Assembly: GCA_040770465.1 (NCBI GenBank)
Contig: JAXGJB010000001.1
Coordinates: 1-64,000, forward strand
Reading direction: 5' to 3'
Origin: Methanothrix sp.
GTDB lineage: Archaea; Halobacteriota; Methanosarcinia; Methanotrichales; Methanotrichaceae
DNA: 64,000 nucleotides
The translations under genes were made by a program, and so were the position numbers. The notes under the pieces are model-generated. The model saw nothing but the letters and a program-made list of their open reading frames with translations. It did not search any database and was not told where the DNA came from. How positions within the stretch are numbered: the stretch's first letter is position 1; the number at the start of each line of letters is the position of its first letter. This document shows positions 21,501 through 30,100 of the stretch, piece after piece.

Positions 21501-24500
21501 TCCCCGGTGTCAGGATGTTCTCGGCGGAGGCGTTGGCTGATGCTAGCGTCTCGGTCGTGGAGTGCTCGTCCCTTGCGATGGAGGATAGGGTATCACCACC
21601 CTGCACCTGATATGTCAACCCTTGGATCTGAATATTCTTGTCGGGGTTTAGAGGGTGCTGGCCGTTGGCCTCGAAGAGATCCTCCGCTTTGAAGTCGTCG
21701 GAACCTGGTGCCATCTGGTTGTTGACCCAGTCGACGATGCCCTGGACCGTCTCATGTTTTGCGGGGTCAACTACGGAGGTTCCTATGAGGTACTGGAAGT
21801 TGCGGAGGCCGTCCCGGGCGTTCTGGACCATCTGGCGGGCCAGGAGGAGGAAGTAATCTGCAAAGACGAACGAGGCCATCGACCGGCCGGGAGATTCGAG
21901 TTCGCCGCGTGCAAGAAGGCGGCGGTCCGACCCCTTCTCCATCTCCTCTTCCACCTGGACCGCAAGTCTGTCAAAACGCGTTCGTAAGTCATCTCGATAT
22001 TGGTCTCCCAGGGAGTTGAACTCGGAGAACTTCCATTCCAGATCTCCGGAGCCGTTGTACGATGGGACCTTCAGGGTGAGATCTGGCGGCATCGGGAATA
22101 CTGCAGCGTTCGCGTCTCCATCATCATCTTCGTACGTCACCTCCAGACTGAAATGGGCTTTCATGAACTCGATCGCATCGGAGTCTTCGATCGGAGTCGA
22201 GTTCTTCGAATCGGAGAGATAATCCATCATCGAGAGAAGCTCGTCGTCGGATACGACGTAGGCGTTGATCTCATCCTCGTCCATCCCATGATCTTGGGCC
22301 GCTGCGACGGTCCAGCGTAAGACATGTTTGCAGAGCTTCTCAAAGGAGGTATCTTTGTCCAGCTCATCTTCAGCAGAAGGTGATGTCGACTCGATCAACA
22401 GCATTGGGACATAACACGCGTGGGGACCTGTAACGCCATGGATCTCGTCGGCCGAGGCGGACAAGACTGGAACGAAGTACGCATTCAGGCCCTCGGTCGT
22501 TGTGGCCTTGTAATTGTTCCAGTTCATCTCGGATATGTCCAACCCGAGACAGGCCAGCGGCAGTGGGGCCCTCAGCCTGAGATCGCGCTTCGCCTGCTGT
22601 TCCATCTCGGATCTGTCTGCCAAAGTCCAGGGTGGGGTGCCGGAGTTTTTGATGGTGAAGGTCTCTTTGATCCGGGCGGAGAAGCTGAAGTGTATCGTGA
22701 TCTTGAAGAGGCCGCAGTTGATCTTTATCGACAAAGATACGTCGACAGAGGCGATGACGGAGATGGGTATGTCCTTATAGCATTCGTAAGTGATCTGGGC
22801 TACGAGGGATACGGTGACGTTGACGTCGGCCTTGACGATCCCAAAGTCAATGCCGCCGAAGAGCTTTCCGATGATTCCCAGGGTCCCCTGGAGCCAATAG
22901 TAGTACTCTCCGTTGTCAGGTCCCTCGTAAGGGTTCCAGCGGGCGATGACGCCCTCGACGATCCCCACCATGGTGATGCTGAAGCCGGCTCGCAGTATCC
23001 CCTTCTCGATGTACTTTCCGACCCCAAGCTGCAACCCCAGGCCGAAGATGATGACGGGGTTGAAGGTCCCGTTGGTGACGGCAGGCACCTGGTTTGAGGT
23101 TGCGCTGCTGAGCTTGCCGAAGTAGATCCCGCCGGAGCCGATGACGGGCACAAAAGAGATCTGGGCCTGGATCGTGAAGGACCGGGAGAAGTCAAGTTTC
23201 CATGGGAAGCCGACGTCCACCTTGAAGTCGCCGTTGGTGTAGAGCTCTATGGCGAAGACTGGGAGGGTGATGTTGAAGGCCCCCATCTGGAAATTGCGCA
23301 TCTTGTCGGGGAGCTGGATCTGTGCCGAGTAGACCCCCACGGTCTCGCTGATCCGGCGGTACATTATCTCGAAGTCGAGGCCAGCCAGGATCTTCGCCGC
23401 AGGTCCCGCAAGGGCGACCCGGAGGGCGTAGATGTTGGGATCGTTGAAGATGGTCTGGAGAGTCAGGAAGTAATTTGAAGTATCTCCCACCCTCAGAATC
23501 CCGAAGTCGGTGGCCACCATCCACGAGTTCTCGGGGCTGAAGGTGACGGCCGGAAGCTGAGCGGGCGAGGGGACCGGGAGCGTCTCGATCTTCTTGATCG
23601 CGTCTCCCACCGACTTGCAGTCCGTGATCCCTTTCACCTCCACGTGCTGGCCTAAGGCGAGGAGGCGGAGGTCGAAGTACTTGCTCCCGGCGCCGGGGGC
23701 CTCGGGCGGCTTCTCGTTGAGGAGGTCCCAGCCACCATCGTACTTCTTCCCCAGGAAGCTGCCGACGATCTTGATGTCGACGGTATCTTCGCCGTCCCTC
23801 TTGACGTAGGTGAGGCCGATGGAGGTGATCTTTATGAAGTTCAGGTCTGCGTTTATTATGCAATCGAAGCCGACGGTATTCTTGGTGAGGTTGATCCTCA
23901 AGACCAGGTTCTTGAGGTCGATCTGGTTGAGGACGTTCCAGGGGGGGTCGAGCTCGAAGTCGAGGTTCGGGTCCACCAGGTGGACGAGGAATTCCAGTAT
24001 CTCGCCGAAGGTGACGCCCCCCAGGCTGACGGTGAGGACGGTATCATTATCTTTGTTCTTGCTGACGGCACAGACGAGTTGGAAGCCCTTATATTCGATC
24101 TGGAATGTGACGGCCTTCTCGGCGGCGTCGAAACTATATTTAGCTAACACGTTCAACTCATTCACTTTTATGTTACCGCTGAGATAGCCGGAATAAGTAG
24201 GGGCAGTGTCTGGGGTCTTCCGGTGGGACTGGACGGAAAATTCCGCATCAAGAACCCATGTAAATTCTTCCAATGATAAGGTCCAGCCCACTATAGTGTC
24301 GAAAGAGAACTCTTTTGTCTTCGTGTCGAAGGAAGCCGAAAGCGATTCCATTCCTATGTTGCCGATCGATCCGGGCATATTCGGCCATTGGCCTGGGAGG
24401 AGCTTATCCACTAAATTTTGCAGAGTTAGGTTCAGATTCTCCGTCTTGCCCTCAAGCTTTAACCCCCCGCCCGCGCCATCGTATTTTGCTCTGAGCAGTA

Positions 24501-25647
24501 TTATTATATCTTCTATCTCGAAGGTTGCGGAGAAGTCGGCGTCCACCTTCCCACGGGCTACACACACGTCGGCGGAGAGGTCTGATATCTTCAGGGCGGT
24601 TTTGGTGTCGATCTCCATCCCTATATTAAAATTATAAGAATTATCAGATATATTCGCCAAAAGTCCGAACCGGTATACATCTATCTCAGGGAAGCCGGCG
24701 GGGAGAGCGATATTGAAGTATTCGAAGATGCTCTTGATGTTGACGACGGAGCCTTCAGGAAGGCTCGCCCATACGATGAAGTTATCTTTTGCAAAGTGCG
24801 CGCCAAGACTTAAGGGAACTGTCGCAACCTCAAAAGTCGCGACAAGCTCGATATAGCTTCTGTTGAAGTTGTTGAAGTCGACCGCAAAGTTGAGCCTGGT
24901 ATCCCCCTTTTTGACTTTAATTATATTGAATATGCTCCACGCGTCGCTGTATTCGATGACGAAGTAGGTGCGGGAAAGGGCCCCCTTCGAGGGATCAAAT
25001 GCCAGATCGATCCTACTTAATCCGAACTTGGTGAGGGCGTTCAGGGGCGACGGCAGGAAGGTCGTCAGGTCCATCCCATTGGAGAGGGCCGAGAAGGTCT
25101 CCGGGGTCAGCGGCCTCGAATCGAAGTCGCCAATGAGGATCCAGTCCGTCTTTTGGCTTGGGATCTGCAGCCTGATTGGCAGGCTGAGCTGTCCCCGCTT
25201 TCCGATCAAAAGGTCGCAGCCGATGGACGCGTGATAGATCTTCAGATCAGAATCAGGCTCGAAGACCATCACCATATTCTCCATGGAAAAACCGCTCAAT
25301 AACTCCCACTGCGTCCCTTCCGGGGGGCTCAGATCGATCGTCACCAGAAAAGGACCCGAAAGGTTGTCTGGGTCCTCCGGCTTGAACGTCATGGTGACGG
25401 CCATGCCAGCGATATCGAAGAAGACTGCATTGCCTGTAACCGTGGCGGTCTTCTTTTCGTCGTCAACGGTGCCGCTTTCTGTTATGACGGTGAGGGGAGA
25501 TAGGCCCAACTCATCGAGAGAATCGATCAGGTCGGGCGAGACGGTGTCGCGGCTGACAGTGAAGGTTTCGCCCTTCTTTAAGCCCTTGACCAGGGCTGAA
25601 AGGTCGTCGTAACTGGCAACTTTTTCTGTGGTCAACATATCTCTCAC
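15577..25647 (-). CDS. Giant (~3350 aa) multi-LysM protein with a long beta-strand-rich N-terminal region
   Basis: Uninterrupted 10-kb ORF. Likely start is ATG 25638 after a GGGGTGA SD. LysM-like motifs include YQVQGGDTLSSIA, YVIQNGDTLQSIS, GDTLASIAAVYDI, DESLADIAQRYF, DSLASIADYYQI and DIAAYFKTTEENIKAANP. No obvious signal peptide. Confidence 0.9.
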   Translation of the reverse strand: MRDMLTTEKVASYDDLSALVKGLKKGETFTVSRDTVSPDLIDSLDELGLSPLTVITESGTVDDEKKTATVTGNAVFFDIAGMAVTMTFKPEDPDNLSGPFLVTIDLSPPEGTQWELLSGFSMENMVMVFEPDSDLKIYHASIGCDLLIGKRGQLSLPIRLQIPSQKTDWILIGDFDSRPLTPETFSALSNGMDLTTFLPSPLNALTKFGLSRIDLAFDPSKGALSRTYFVIEYSDAWSIFNIIKVKKGDTRLNFAVDFNNFNRSYIELVATFEVATVPLSLGAHFAKDNFIVWASLPEGSVVNIKSIFEYFNIALPAGFPEIDVYRFGLLANISDNSYNFNIGMEIDTKTALKISDLSADVCVARGKVDADFSATFEIEDIIILLRAKYDGAGGGLKLEGKTENLNLTLQNLVDKLLPGQWPNMPGSIGNIGMESLSASFDTKTKEFSFDTIVGWTLSLEEFTWVLDAEFSVQSHRKTPDTAPTYSGYLSGNIKVNELNVLAKYSFDAAEKAVTFQIEYKGFQLVCAVSKNKDNDTVLTVSLGGVTFGEILEFLVHLVDPNLDFELDPPWNVLNQIDLKNLVLRINLTKNTVGFDCIINADLNFIKITSIGLTYVKRDGEDTVDIKIVGSFLGKKYDGGWDLLNEKPPEAPGAGSKYFDLRLLALGQHVEVKGITDCKSVGDAIKKIETLPVPSPAQLPAVTFSPENSWMVATDFGILRVGDTSNYFLTLQTIFNDPNIYALRVALAGPAAKILAGLDFEIMYRRISETVGVYSAQIQLPDKMRNFQMGAFNITLPVFAIELYTNGDFKVDVGFPWKLDFSRSFTIQAQISFVPVIGSGGIYFGKLSSATSNQVPAVTNGTFNPVIIFGLGLQLGVGKYIEKGILRAGFSITMVGIVEGVIARWNPYEGPDNGEYYYWLQGTLGIIGKLFGGIDFGIVKADVNVTVSLVAQITYECYKDIPISVIASVDVSLSIKINCGLFKITIHFSFSARIKETFTIKNSGTPPWTLADRSEMEQQAKRDLRLRAPLPLACLGLDISEMNWNNYKATTTEGLNAYFVPVLSASADEIHGVTGPHACYVPMLLIESTSPSAEDELDKDTSFEKLCKHVLRWTVAAAQDHGMDEDEINAYVVSDDELLSMMDYLSDSKNSTPIEDSDAIEFMKAHFSLEVTYEDDDGDANAAVFPMPPDLTLKVPSYNGSGDLEWKFSEFNSLGDQYRDDLRTRFDRLAVQVEEEMEKGSDRRLLARGELESPGRSMASFVFADYFLLLARQMVQNARDGLRNFQYLIGTSVVDPAKHETVQGIVDWVNNQMAPGSDDFKAEDLFEANGQHPLNPDKNIQIQGLTYQVQGGDTLSSIARDEHSTTETLASANASAENILTPGMTVTYGEKPEYVIQNGDTLQSISDDIFGCSLKELITNSDLKDKPGVLVTSSLLSLPTITRTTNEGDTLASIAAVYDIPVKQLAAATGNLGVEDLFSTSSEAQCLNVPHLERFRVCELIDEIQRTKGLQHLSGMASRYLLHGMRLPTAGIDFKDDSSGWPEEAGLYALTGQQFPIPTLTDDNFCFSLVKGDDSSWIEFQAGESENELKVTVKGDDASRASSVQKAVEAGIVPKLEELGSEQVYSSQPMTYPFTSVTLWHSPDDVDLPYSDQSGEKQSLRIWSLPASLMDLSDSRTGDVLPKMSIQVGTYNEATSEMDKIQVNSYGWGTLIEVGIKKIEQVSESPSTRTTYELAGANERGILLLERLLQEIHDSDKTILDLKLLYRHSPVGSVTPSLQSDKGGDIIMFISQVNLTTETRPPETLQRALRALAEADEQRHKTEGCLDTAYDFIRMLWENSITRSGGYYLYYNYDGESGFPESIFNDKGDATISLLVIYAKPDGTEENGVASYMNCAVTGDSIDPSRSVVFAMAEPLNLECAPTSDESLADIAQRYFMTPIELVEDNPDHPLVDGKAVIVSSGTYMVSPIGTSPGGRLSDIAAYFKTTEEAIREANPRRVFECKLGPDDSLASIADYYQIPLAELAQANKDHLLTEGKTVDILRGTYKVRSKSPGCKLPDIAAYFKTTEENIKAANPNIDPWPEELTIGELINLPTINVNVGVGPGDKTLAELGTYYGCSVSDLAEDNKSTKGLMSVTSPLSLLVAYDAIHLPQIQATVGVGQGGRTYASLASFYGCSISDLAEDNKSTKGLMSAESQLSISGGPNMKTATVPAGATPIGAKRIVSAEAPDDPRADEDFGQLYLQQTFSMLGYRVFENLDFGKSDWGLPMGPVETPVDAVSGRKIREPVPPKTDDGLWKYHQALPYPRFAEDEGLEANADMPDPKDSPYLGIGDLLQVNFGWQDIFGNVARTPLSDPSLDEGAPANNQPILVGYTDQLIGLGRWPNVSSSYKVLNGGDSANLTITLAFDPTVYSSSEDVDVQTESGENPKQSKAEQDLRVYKQLYYQLLQTAGSDPEPEPVKISVETSLLEPSSIELSAGQSQDLMDWIETIYQFLSDIVLVDSSEVTPGDLDIVFPIAKGASVTENGFALNTVQIFELTVAMKMERPVAKVQSDLKDAESVYSVATPIHPAVKKTDAAVDPYSMRVFALNFEEALNLPGSYQLKVATGTDRKRVGTSSSSKSIWAVRLGANGISYSVKNPGSPKIFAPKPISNKPESRLGVPIYDYISGNEIDFSDPTRTLDFVGIDMDVWVREFLAAVDKFLMPEYISPARLLMVDGEQDLIGTLLEYKKSLAESISDLLIPVFDDELCDGQDEEAREAFRQQLLVRLSNAYSTNAVIQFEADVNTGVPQPDDPNPPRIYGAPVPEDDTESQNGDVSLTTAKLVLENRTENLTFLMQTKDTKQGDDPSSPMQSYVPLDLSFRGLNIEHEIGELPGIYNYEASSWLSFVNLPEGDGDFSLERYLGKFDVPLVLRAIPTPPSMIGQTGLPSSDDINASNIDKAVMWDYSFVYSQSYHEPQDDISFRVVFNLKPASRALSQSMDDVFPALAEFVTVYPAVAKDLDGVLREIDKSAKDGERSTALKALESFVNLVGRVAKAWAPLNDITKFAGDFDNVRDFVDACEFSIKEMSKSMSDPDGTAVEALMVRVNLNGNWPSGIDLPKVAIGEYDTVQLPSNDSEIDYVFRSHDDGKYLTASLGRAIPGRTVTLPQINVMEEQSARSTSWLSRNETLVPERKTASPFVYRTSEIQFANPHRPKLRSDDLIDISLVGSPDGEPVSRRLAEHLSSLFENLFKNQTAGSKDSFSLQLECSYEYRVNSELPWVTLPVLFVPSSSFDPSVPRRGRSSDQDTSGSFVSELSQEILRWFEENSPYEGKKGILKFDLTLLSNLTVQSMPLLRLSNLSLPLDWVTDLPTNQL

Positions 25648-25652
25648 CCCAA

Positions 25653-27107
25653 TTATATGAGATACACCTTAAAATTATGGAATGGGCAATTTTGACGGCC
25701 ACAAGCCGCAGGCGTGGTGTTGTTGCACATCATTATATTGCCCCTGACCCGCGGGTTTTCCCCGGATCTTGGACCACTCTCTGCGGTGGCACTCACTTGA
25801 TTTTGAACCGGCCCCCACCCTTTGGATGTATACTTCTGTATGGCATTTTGGCTCGGATGATTGTAACAATGGGTCACATTATCTGGCATTATGCCGTAAG
25901 AATATGCTATGCGGCCCAGGTTAGTCGCTCTTGGTCGTGGTATACGATTTGTATCCAATTTACTGTTCGAGCCGTGATGAGGAGCCGTGATCCAGTCATA
26001 AGCTACATCATCCACACCGCGAATAAATTGGAAAGTAGCGTCTCCTGGTAGCAAAACCCATCTCTCATCACCATCTTGCCCAGTATTTACCGCAACGGCC
26101 AGCCCAGAATCATTCATAGTATTGCCGTTGCATTTTATAATTTTAATTCTATTATTTGTACTTTGAAGTGGGTTAATTCTATTAGCTGGCCATACGTGAA
26201 CGTTTTGCAATCTTGATAATACATTATTCCCAGCAGCGCCAATTCGTTGACGAGGCACCACCCAAAAAAGGTCACACAATGTGGCTGTATTAAGGGAATA
26301 TTCGACCATAAGGCAATGGTCCAAATCCCAATGCGAAAGTACCACGAAGGGATTGTTTACCAAACAAGGCCCGGGGTTTATTAATCCATAATTTTGGACG
26401 CTAGGCTGGTATCGACTAGTCGGAAGACCTACATCTGAATAAAATATAGGATTTCCATCTATATCGTAAACCAGATTGCACGCCGCCTGGCCGACGTCCA
26501 TCACCCCTATAGCATGGGGAATTTGAGCTCCCATTTTATCTAATATTTTATTTTCGAAAAACGAACCCTCAGACAGAAATTTTTTCTTGAGTCTCACTTC
26601 ATTTTCCCAAGTTACTGGTTCCCCTTTAACGCCAGTATCTACAGGATTACCTTCATATTCTACGCGACTCCGTTTGGCACTCATCCCCCTCCCGTTAGAG
26701 ACCCTCTCCGCGGGCTTTGGGCTCCCCTCCTCCAAGGGCTCGATATCTTCGAGGATGTACCACTCCCCCTCATCGATTTCGCCTACTTTGATGTTGAGGG
26801 CCTGAGCAAAATCTCTCGCCTTTGTTTCGTCGGTCTCGATCAGGGAGGCGGGTGAGATGGGCAGCGGCGACTTGGAATCCCAGATCTCTGATGGAAGACT
26901 CTCGATCCACTCATAGGGAACTATCTCGAATAATGCGGTCCAAGTCTGGTCTTCGATCGGCATGTCCTTGGGAGATACGTCCTCAACCTTCGAGAGGAAC
27001 GCGTAATACCTGCACTTCGGAGAGTCCAATACGTTGAATTTCTCTCCCTGATCCGAGATCATTCCAAACAGTTTGCCGATATTTTCCGGCATATTTGACA
27101 TATTCAA
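25653..27107 (-). CDS. Metallo-beta-lactamase-fold hydrolase (ComEC/Rec2-like) with an unknown N-terminal domain
   Basis: DVGQA, SDVG, VLSHWDLDH, NDSG, LLPGDA, APHHGS, SYG and YNHP occur in the canonical ComEC-MBL order; likely start ATG 27101 after GAGGTTGA. Confidence 0.85.
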   Translation of the reverse strand: MNMSNMPENIGKLFGMISDQGEKFNVLDSPKCRYYAFLSKVEDVSPKDMPIEDQTWTALFEIVPYEWIESLPSEIWDSKSPLPISPASLIETDETKARDFAQALNIKVGEIDEGEWYILEDIEPLEEGSPKPAERVSNGRGMSAKRSRVEYEGNPVDTGVKGEPVTWENEVRLKKKFLSEGSFFENKILDKMGAQIPHAIGVMDVGQAACNLVYDIDGNPIFYSDVGLPTSRYQPSVQNYGLINPGPCLVNNPFVVLSHWDLDHCLMVEYSLNTATLCDLFWVVPRQRIGAAGNNVLSRLQNVHVWPANRINPLQSTNNRIKIIKCNGNTMNDSGLAVAVNTGQDGDERWVLLPGDATFQFIRGVDDVAYDWITAPHHGSNSKLDTNRIPRPRATNLGRIAYSYGIMPDNVTHCYNHPSQNAIQKYTSKGWGPVQNQVSATAESGPRSGENPRVRGNIMMCNNTTPAACGRQNCPFHNFKVYLI

Positions 27108-27122
27108 TCAACCTCGAACGCA

Positions 27123-30100
27123 TCAAATTGTACGAACTCCCTCGCCGATCGCTTGAGGAGACGTGCCTTCGTTCATCATGCTATCCTTTGACTTTTTGTA
27201 CATCGCATACCACCCAAGGCCGCACCCTCGGGCCTTGGCAGCTGAGTCTCCGAAGAGGTAGAAGCTGGTGGAGCCGCCTGGCGGAATCTTTGCGATCCCC
27301 AGGAACTTGAGGGCGATATCGGTGAGGGTGAGGATGAACGCCTCTTTCTCTCCCGTATCGTCCTTCACATACGCCAGCCTGATGTCCCCGATGGAGAGCT
27401 TGAGGACCCCCTGGAGGTCGAGGAGCTTTGCGCCGCCGCCGGTTCCGGGAAGCTTGATCCCGATGAAGACGTTGTAAGAATCCGAGTCGCTTTGGCTTCC
27501 TGCGCTCCAGGCGAGGAGGAGGCTGGAGGTGAGGCTCACCTTCCCAGCCAGCTCGCCGGGGGTCCCCATGTTAAGCCGGAACTTGAACCCCTGCCAGGAG
27601 CCGGATGGCCCCGCCTGTTTGAGGGCCGTTCCCACCTGCAAAAACCCTCCATCGGCGGGTTTTGTCTCAGAGGTTCCGTTCACAAACCCCTCAAATACGA
27701 GGGCGAAGTCCTCGAAGAGGGAGGCCTTTCTGGGGGTGCTCTTCTCCAGGCTGAAGGCGATCTTCGAAGGGTCGAAGGTGAACTCTTTCTTCGAGGGTTC
27801 ATCCTCGGGATATGTCATGTTCAGGCCCAGCCCAGAGAAGCTGAGCCCTTTTCGAGGATCGTCCTTCCCATCGTCGTTTCCGAAGGAGAAGAGATCAAAA
27901 TTCCTCAATTCCTCGCCCTTCTTCTCCTTGAGGATTTTGAAGTCGATATACCCGGTGAACTCGAACCGCGTGGAGACCTCCATCCTGTCGTCATTCTCGC
28001 CGCCTTCGCCACCGTTTATCTTGTTCTTTCCCATGGTGTTGAACTGGGCTTTGGTGATCTCGACCTTATGGAGGACGTTGCTGTCGAAGTAGAAGGAGTT
28101 GTCATCGACGGTGTCGAGGACGTAGACCGTCTCATCGCCGTGCTGCTGGCAGGAGCCGTTGAGCAGGATGGCGTTGTAGAGCTTCTTCGGATCACCCGTG
28201 GAGGTCACCTGATGGTCGAAGATCTTGTTTATCGTCAGCTGGGCCAGGCTCTCGAAGTCCTTGATCGCAGAGTTCTCGAAGAGCACCTTGAGCGTCAGAA
28301 CCCTGAAATCGTAATCTGCCCCAGGCGTGGGCGGGATCTGACTGCCTGATCCGTCGTAGTTGGGGTCCGCATAGTAGATCAGCCCGAACATGGAGCTGGT
28401 CTCTTTGATTTCAATCGCTTCTCCATCAATCTTGTTACCCTCGATTCCTATATGGTGGACGTTGAAACGGTCGAGATCAATCCCGCTCAAAAGCCCCTCC
28501 AACTGTGATGGAAACTGGTCGAGGTCGATGTCCACCTTCAGGGCGAGAATACCTTTCCAGTCCTCATTATTTATTATATCTATAAAGTTTGTGAAATAAC
28601 CGCCATCTTGGCGTTCTGCGTCGGCGATGTAGTCCTGGAGCCACTGCGAGACGGCCTCCGGTCCTCCGATGCTCGCGTCGTTGAACTTATCAGCATCAGT
28701 CCATTTTTTCGGGTTCTTCACCCTGTCTGCGAGCTTGCCCTCGCAGAACTTGAATATCAGGACGTTGTGATAATCGTTGAAGCTATTCTTCTCTCCCGCG
28801 TTGATCTCGAAGGTCCAGTCCCCTATGGAGATCGTGTTATCAAAAGTCACCTGGTCGGTATCTGGATCAGCCCCAATTTTGGACTTCAGATTCCACTTGG
28901 CGACGGGATCGGTGACCACCAGGAACAGCTGATTAGTCTGAAATGCCTTTTGCAATGTGGGGTCGAGATCTTCAAACTGCAAAGACTCTTTTTTCTCCAG
29001 ATTCTTGGCGAGCAGAAGTGAGCTCCAACTTCCATCCGACCTCACGTATGATATTAACCCCTGGGGAGTGGTCGCAGGCGTGGGCTCAGATGGATCCTCT
29101 CCAGCCGTGGTCCGATAGCCAGCCTTTTCCGCCTCGTCGTTGAAAAGGATCTGGCCTCTGCGGAACGGACTTATTATATGGAATTCGAAATTGGGGATAT
29201 CGTCCTTCGAAAAGCCGTCCTCATCGTCGGGATGGGGCGCCGTGGATGCGTAAGGCACGATCGGATAGGCCGTATCCTCGCCTAGCTGGGCTGACGGTGT
29301 TTGATGGTGGCCGAGAAAACTCTGCGGACTATCGGCGCCATCGTTCTTGGCATAAAGGGGCGCTCCTTGTGGCTGGGAGAAATAAACGTTCATTTCGTCT
29401 TTCGAAGGAGAAGTGACCTTCATCCAGGAGGTGGTGTAAGTTTTATCTAAGAGCGGCTTGGACTCGGAGGGGTCCGGATCGTCGAGAGTGGCCTCTTTGA
29501 TGGGAAAGGCCGGAGCGTACGCCTCCCGATCAGGGCAGAAGGTTACAATGTCGTTCAAGTGGAAACTGATGGACTCGAGCCCTGAGAGGCCACAGAGCAG
29601 CTGGGGAAAAGGACGATCGGCGGTCGGGTGAAACTTCGACGGGTCTTCCAGGCCGATGACGTAATCGCCAGACGGCGTCAGATAGAGGGTATCGTCCTGC
29701 GGTTTGGGGGGGTCTTGAAGTCTGGTCTTGTCGGCTGAGAATACCAGACTCGATTCGTTCGGTTTCGGGGTGAGGGTGACCACGTGACCCAGATCGAGCC
29801 GGAACCATGTGGTAAAAGTTGGCGGCAAGATTCCGCCATAACCGACGAAGGTGAAATTAGATCTCACATGATCGAGAGGATGCATAGGATCCAGGCTGAC
29901 CCTGAAGAGGATGGGATTGGTTGTGGGCAAGCCAAAGACGGGATATAGCTGAGAGCATATATCTTCATCCTCGTTTTTGTAGAAATATTTCAGGCCGACG
30001 CTGACGGTCTCAAATTCGTTGTTTTGCGCGTCCACCCTCAGGCTGGCATCAAATTTCAGGGTTCCTGGCGCAGTTCCCGTCAAGGGTATACAGACATAAG

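Noticed and set aside
25653-27107. True competence gene comEC or a beta-lactamase
   Set aside because: There is no multi-TM competence domain, and the motif order is ComEC-type rather than that of class B lactamases.
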